Source: Chlamydiota bacterium (GTDB taxonomy: Bacteria; Chlamydiota; Chlamydiia; Chlamydiales; JACKPQ01). From it: a DNA stretch of 64,000 nt. The stretch's first letter is position 1. The number at the start of each line of letters is the position of its first letter. The position numbers were made by a program, and so were the translations under genes. This document shows positions 61,250 through 64,000 of this stretch, in pieces. The stretch is taken from assembly GCA_021772435.1 (NCBI GenBank), contig JAJFLZ010000037.1, forward strand, positions 47,673-111,672. Direction: 5' to 3'. Below the pieces are notes generated by a model. It did not search any database, was not told where the DNA came from, and worked only from the letters and a program-made list of their open reading frames with translations.

Positions 61250-61268
61250 ATGTAAAGCGGTTTTACAT
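61250..61268 (+). repeat. 19-bp palindromic repeat, copy 5 (glk-recA divergent region)
   Basis: Exact ATGTAAAGCGGTTTTACAT, 9 bp upstream of the putative recA -35. Confidence 0.9.
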
Positions 61269-61277
61269 CTTCGAGTC

Positions 61278-61306
61278 TTGACTAGAACAACAAAAGCAGC
61301 CAATCT
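61278..61306 (+). promoter_or_regulatory. Putative recA promoter
   Basis: TTGACT-N17-CAATCT; AAGGAG SD before the ATG at 61334; -10 is weak. Confidence 0.45.
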
Positions 61307-61333
61307 TAGACCAACACCATAAAAGGAGCTCTT

Positions 61334-62383
61334 ATGTCCAATCCACAGGATCAAGCAAAGAAAAAAGCATTGGAATTGGCCCTCTCACATATTGAAAAGC
61401 AATTTGGAGAAGGCGCTGTCATGACACTTGGCAAACACTCAGCGACTAGATCGATTGAAACCATTAAAACAGGCGCCTTGTCTCTTGACATGGCACTTGG
61501 AATCGGAGGCGTTCCTAGAGGTCGTATTGTCGAAGTTTATGGACCGGAGTCTTCTGGTAAGTCAACCTTAGCGCTTCATGTTGTAGCCAGTTGTCAAAAA
61601 GCTGGCGGCCAGGCTGCCTATATTGATGCAGAGCACGCACTCGACCCAGGCTATGCTAGGCGTATTGGTGTAGATATCGATAATTTGATGATTTCACAAC
61701 CAGATTGTGGCGAAGATGCCCTCAACATCGCAGAAATGCTAGCTAGATCTAATGCCATAGACGTTATCATTATCGACTCTGTTGCAGCTCTCGTCCCAAA
61801 ATCTGAGCTTGAAGGAGAAATTGGTGACGCCTCAATTGGATTACAAGCGCGTATGATGTCACAAGCCCTGCGCAAACTGACAGCCTCACTTGCAAAAAGC
61901 AATACATGTGCAATTTTCATTAACCAAATCCGCGAAAAAATTGGTGTTATGTTCGGAAGTCCCGAAACAACAACTGGCGGTAGAGCTCTTAAATTCTACT
62001 CTTCCATTCGCATTGATATTCGTCGTATTGGAGCGATTAAAGGCGCTGAAAACATGGATATTGGAAACCGCGTGAAAGCCAAAGTTGTGAAAAATAAAAT
62101 GGCACCTCCATTTCAAATCGCCGAATTCGATATTCTTTTTAACGAAGGGATTTCACGTCTCGGAAACATTTTGGACCTAGGCGTCGAATATAAGCTTATC
62201 GAGAAAAAAGGCTCCTGGTTTAGCTACCAAGGCAAGCAGCTCGGTCAAGGTCGCGAGGCCTCTAGAGAAGAGCTTAGAAAGAATCCCAAAATGGCTGAAG
62301 AAATCGAAAAAACGGTCATCAAAAAATATCGAGAAAAAGTGGGATTAGATGCCCCTCAGCCAGCTCTTGCAGGAGCGAGTTGA
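61334..62383 (+). CDS. recA: Recombinase A
   Basis: [33 protein letters not shown]. Confidence 0.99.
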   Translation: MSNPQDQAKKKALELALSHIEKQFGEGAVMTLGKHSATRSIETIKTGALSLDMALGIGGVPRGRIVEVYGPESSGKSTLALHVVASCQKAGGQAAYIDAEHALDPGYARRIGVDIDNLMISQPDCGEDALNIAEMLARSNAIDVIIIDSVAALVPKSELEGEIGDASIGLQARMMSQALRKLTASLAKSNTCAIFINQIREKIGVMFGSPETTTGGRALKFYSSIRIDIRRIGAIKGAENMDIGNRVKAKVVKNKMAPPFQIAEFDILFNEGISRLGNILDLGVEYKLIEKKGSWFSYQGKQLGQGREASREELRKNPKMAEEIEKTVIKKYREKVGLDAPQPALAGAS

Positions 62384-63201
62384 TTAACCATCATATCGCG
62401 CAGGGCGCTTAGCCCTGCGCTATGTAAACCCAGAGATTCAAGGCACGCATCAAAGCCTTTTAGCTCGTCTAAAAACAACAGTTCAGCTTTATCTACACCT
62501 AGCTCGATTGCAACGTTCGCAGAGCCCGGCTTGTCTTGATTTAAATCGGCCAAATCGTCACCTATTTGAAAAGCCAACCCAAAATGATGCGCAGCCTTAC
62601 GCACACAGTCCAATTTATCAACACTTTTTCCACCAAAAAGCCAGCCCAAAACAAATGCTGTTTCAAAAAGCGTTACCGTCTTTAATTTTAAAATCTCCAT
62701 CAAGGTGTCTAAATCGCCGCCTGGTGGAAAAAGATCAAGAAATTGACCGCCAGTCGCCCCTTCGATTCCGGCAGCCTTAGACGCCTGTTTTAAAGCGATC
62801 ATGCCAACTCTGTCTGCTTGCTGATCTCCCAGCCTTTCCGTTAACACTTGGGTATTTTCGTGAAGCTTCTCAAACGCAGCGCAAATCAACGCGTAACTCG
62901 AGAGCAATGCTGTCGTCTCGTTGAATGCTCTATGCAGAGATGGCTTTCCTCGACGTAAATCATCATCGTCCATGCAAGGTAAATCGTCAGCAATTAAAGA
63001 TGCTGTATGAAAATATTCTACACACATAGCTGCTGGCATCGCATCTAAGCTTTCAGCCACACTGAGTACGATCAACGGTCGAAACCGCTTTCCGCCCGAT
63101 TGCAAAGCATATTCTACAGCTACGTGGAGCCCGCTTTGAGCTTCATACTTCTTCCAATCTTCGATTAATGCTTTTTCAAAAGCTTCTTTCATTTCAAGCA
63201 T
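62356..63201 (-). CDS. ispA: Polyprenyl synthetase (FPP/GGPP synthase)
   Basis: [35 protein letters not shown]. Confidence 0.93.
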   Translation of the reverse strand: MLEMKEAFEKALIEDWKKYEAQSGLHVAVEYALQSGGKRFRPLIVLSVAESLDAMPAAMCVEYFHTASLIADDLPCMDDDDLRRGKPSLHRAFNETTALLSSYALICAAFEKLHENTQVLTERLGDQQADRVGMIALKQASKAAGIEGATGGQFLDLFPPGGDLDTLMEILKLKTVTLFETAFVLGWLFGGKSVDKLDCVRKAAHHFGLAFQIGDDLADLNQDKPGSANVAIELGVDKAELLFLDELKGFDACLESLGLHSAGLSALRDMMVNQLAPARAG

Positions 63202-63815
63202 TCAAAAACAACTCCTTTTACTGATGTACAAGGCATTGTGACACCTCCTGGTCCAATCAACGTTCCTGGATTTAGCACACAATTGCATCCAATTTGACAG
63301 CCATCTCCTAAAACACCCCCAAACTTTCTAAGTCCGGTCTCGTATCTTTTGCCCCCATGATGAACAATAATCTCGTTTCCATCCAATCTCAAGTTGGCAA
63401 ACTTAGACCCAGCACCCATATTAACGTCACATCCCAAAATCGCATCTCCAACGTAGTTAAAATGCGGAACCTTGGCCCCTGAAAGCAAAATAGAGCGCTT
63501 CACTTCTGACGCGTGCCCAACAATAACACCTTCACGTAGAATTGAATTTTTGCGTACAGCTGCCCCGTGTCTAACGACACACCCAGAGCCTATCCGGCAA
63601 GGTCCTTCAATCAAAGCTCCCGGTTCTATAACACATTCTGAACCAATCATAATCTCTTCTCGATTGAGCAAAATCACGCCCTCAGGAAGTGGGCTATCGA
63701 TCTTACCAAAAGTAAACCCAGACAAATAGCACTCTATCTTCGATAAAGCCTCCCAAACGAAACTTACACCGTCGAATAGCTCATCAGCTTGTGAAAAAAA
63801 CGCATCTGGTTTCAT
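63189..63815 (-). CDS. glmU: GlmU-like left-handed beta-helix acetyltransferase (LbH domain only)
   Basis: Hexapeptide repeats; HFNYVGDAILG, NMGAG, TGLRKFG; ATGA coupling to the upstream gene. Confidence 0.75.
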   Translation of the reverse strand: MKPDAFFSQADELFDGVSFVWEALSKIECYLSGFTFGKIDSPLPEGVILLNREEIMIGSECVIEPGALIEGPCRIGSGCVVRHGAAVRKNSILREGVIVGHASEVKRSILLSGAKVPHFNYVGDAILGCDVNMGAGSKFANLRLDGNEIIVHHGGKRYETGLRKFGGVLGDGCQIGCNCVLNPGTLIGPGGVTMPCTSVKGVVFECLK

Positions 63816-64000
63816 TTTGTTACCCAATTAATAAAACTTTCGATGAAATGCTCTGGAGTATAAACGTATCCTTGATCAGATGCTAAATACTCACGAATAT
63901 TTTGCAAATACCTCTCATAGGTTTCTTTATCCATCGCGCGCATGTATTGATAAACAGCTTCATCACACTCAAACTTCCTTCTGTTAATAAAACAACTTTC
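63812..64000 (-). CDS. C-terminal fragment of a probable GT10 (alpha-1,3-fucosyltransferase-like) protein; gene runs off the window
   Basis: Manual translation ESCFINRRKF..VYQYMRAMDKETYERYLQNIREYLAS..FIESFINWVTK* resembles GT10 C-termini. Confidence 0.55.
   Translation of the reverse strand, partial: ESCFINRRKFECDEAVYQYMRAMDKETYERYLQNIREYLASDQGYVYTPEHFIESFINWVTK

Noticed and set aside
6711-61268. 19-mer as a TyrR box (TGTAAA-N6-TTTACA) or CcpA cre site, given two tyrP genes in the window
   Set aside because: The spacer is 5 nt and nearly invariant, no copy lies near tyrP, and most copies are in genes or at gene ends
6711-61268. 19-mer or MITE copies as CRISPR repeats
   Set aside because: Copies are kilobases apart with no regular spacers, and no cas genes are present

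Overview
64 kb of AT-rich chromosome from an environmental member of the Chlamydiota. This is inferred from the TopA-SWIB fusion, long GreA, long ThyX, stand-alone nqrA next to hemB/thyX/greA, tandem tyrP and Lpg1974/MOMP-like porins; glk, putA and trkAH point away from the Chlamydiaceae. Core genes (eno, ahpC, uvrD, rpoN, topA, uvrB, recA, ispA and others) are interleaved with about 17 glycan-modifying genes (GT32, GT2, GT11-like, GT10-like, FkbM-type methyltransferases, sulfotransferases), almost all carrying export signals. Main observations: (1) a 19-bp imperfect palindrome, ATGTAAAGCGGTTTTACAT, occurs five times, including overprinted inside two protein-coding genes; (2) an apparently extracytoplasmic glycan-building toolkit contains intact/degenerate enzyme pairs; (3) a MITE-like hairpin element has co-varying arms, an AAGTA target duplication and sits at stop codons; (4) a porin is fused to eight 32-residue coiled-coil repeats; (5) the discriminator base of tRNA-Arg directly abuts the next gene's ATG. 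No CRISPR, rRNA, transposase or integrase was seen. All family calls come from motif recognition by eye, not from database searches.
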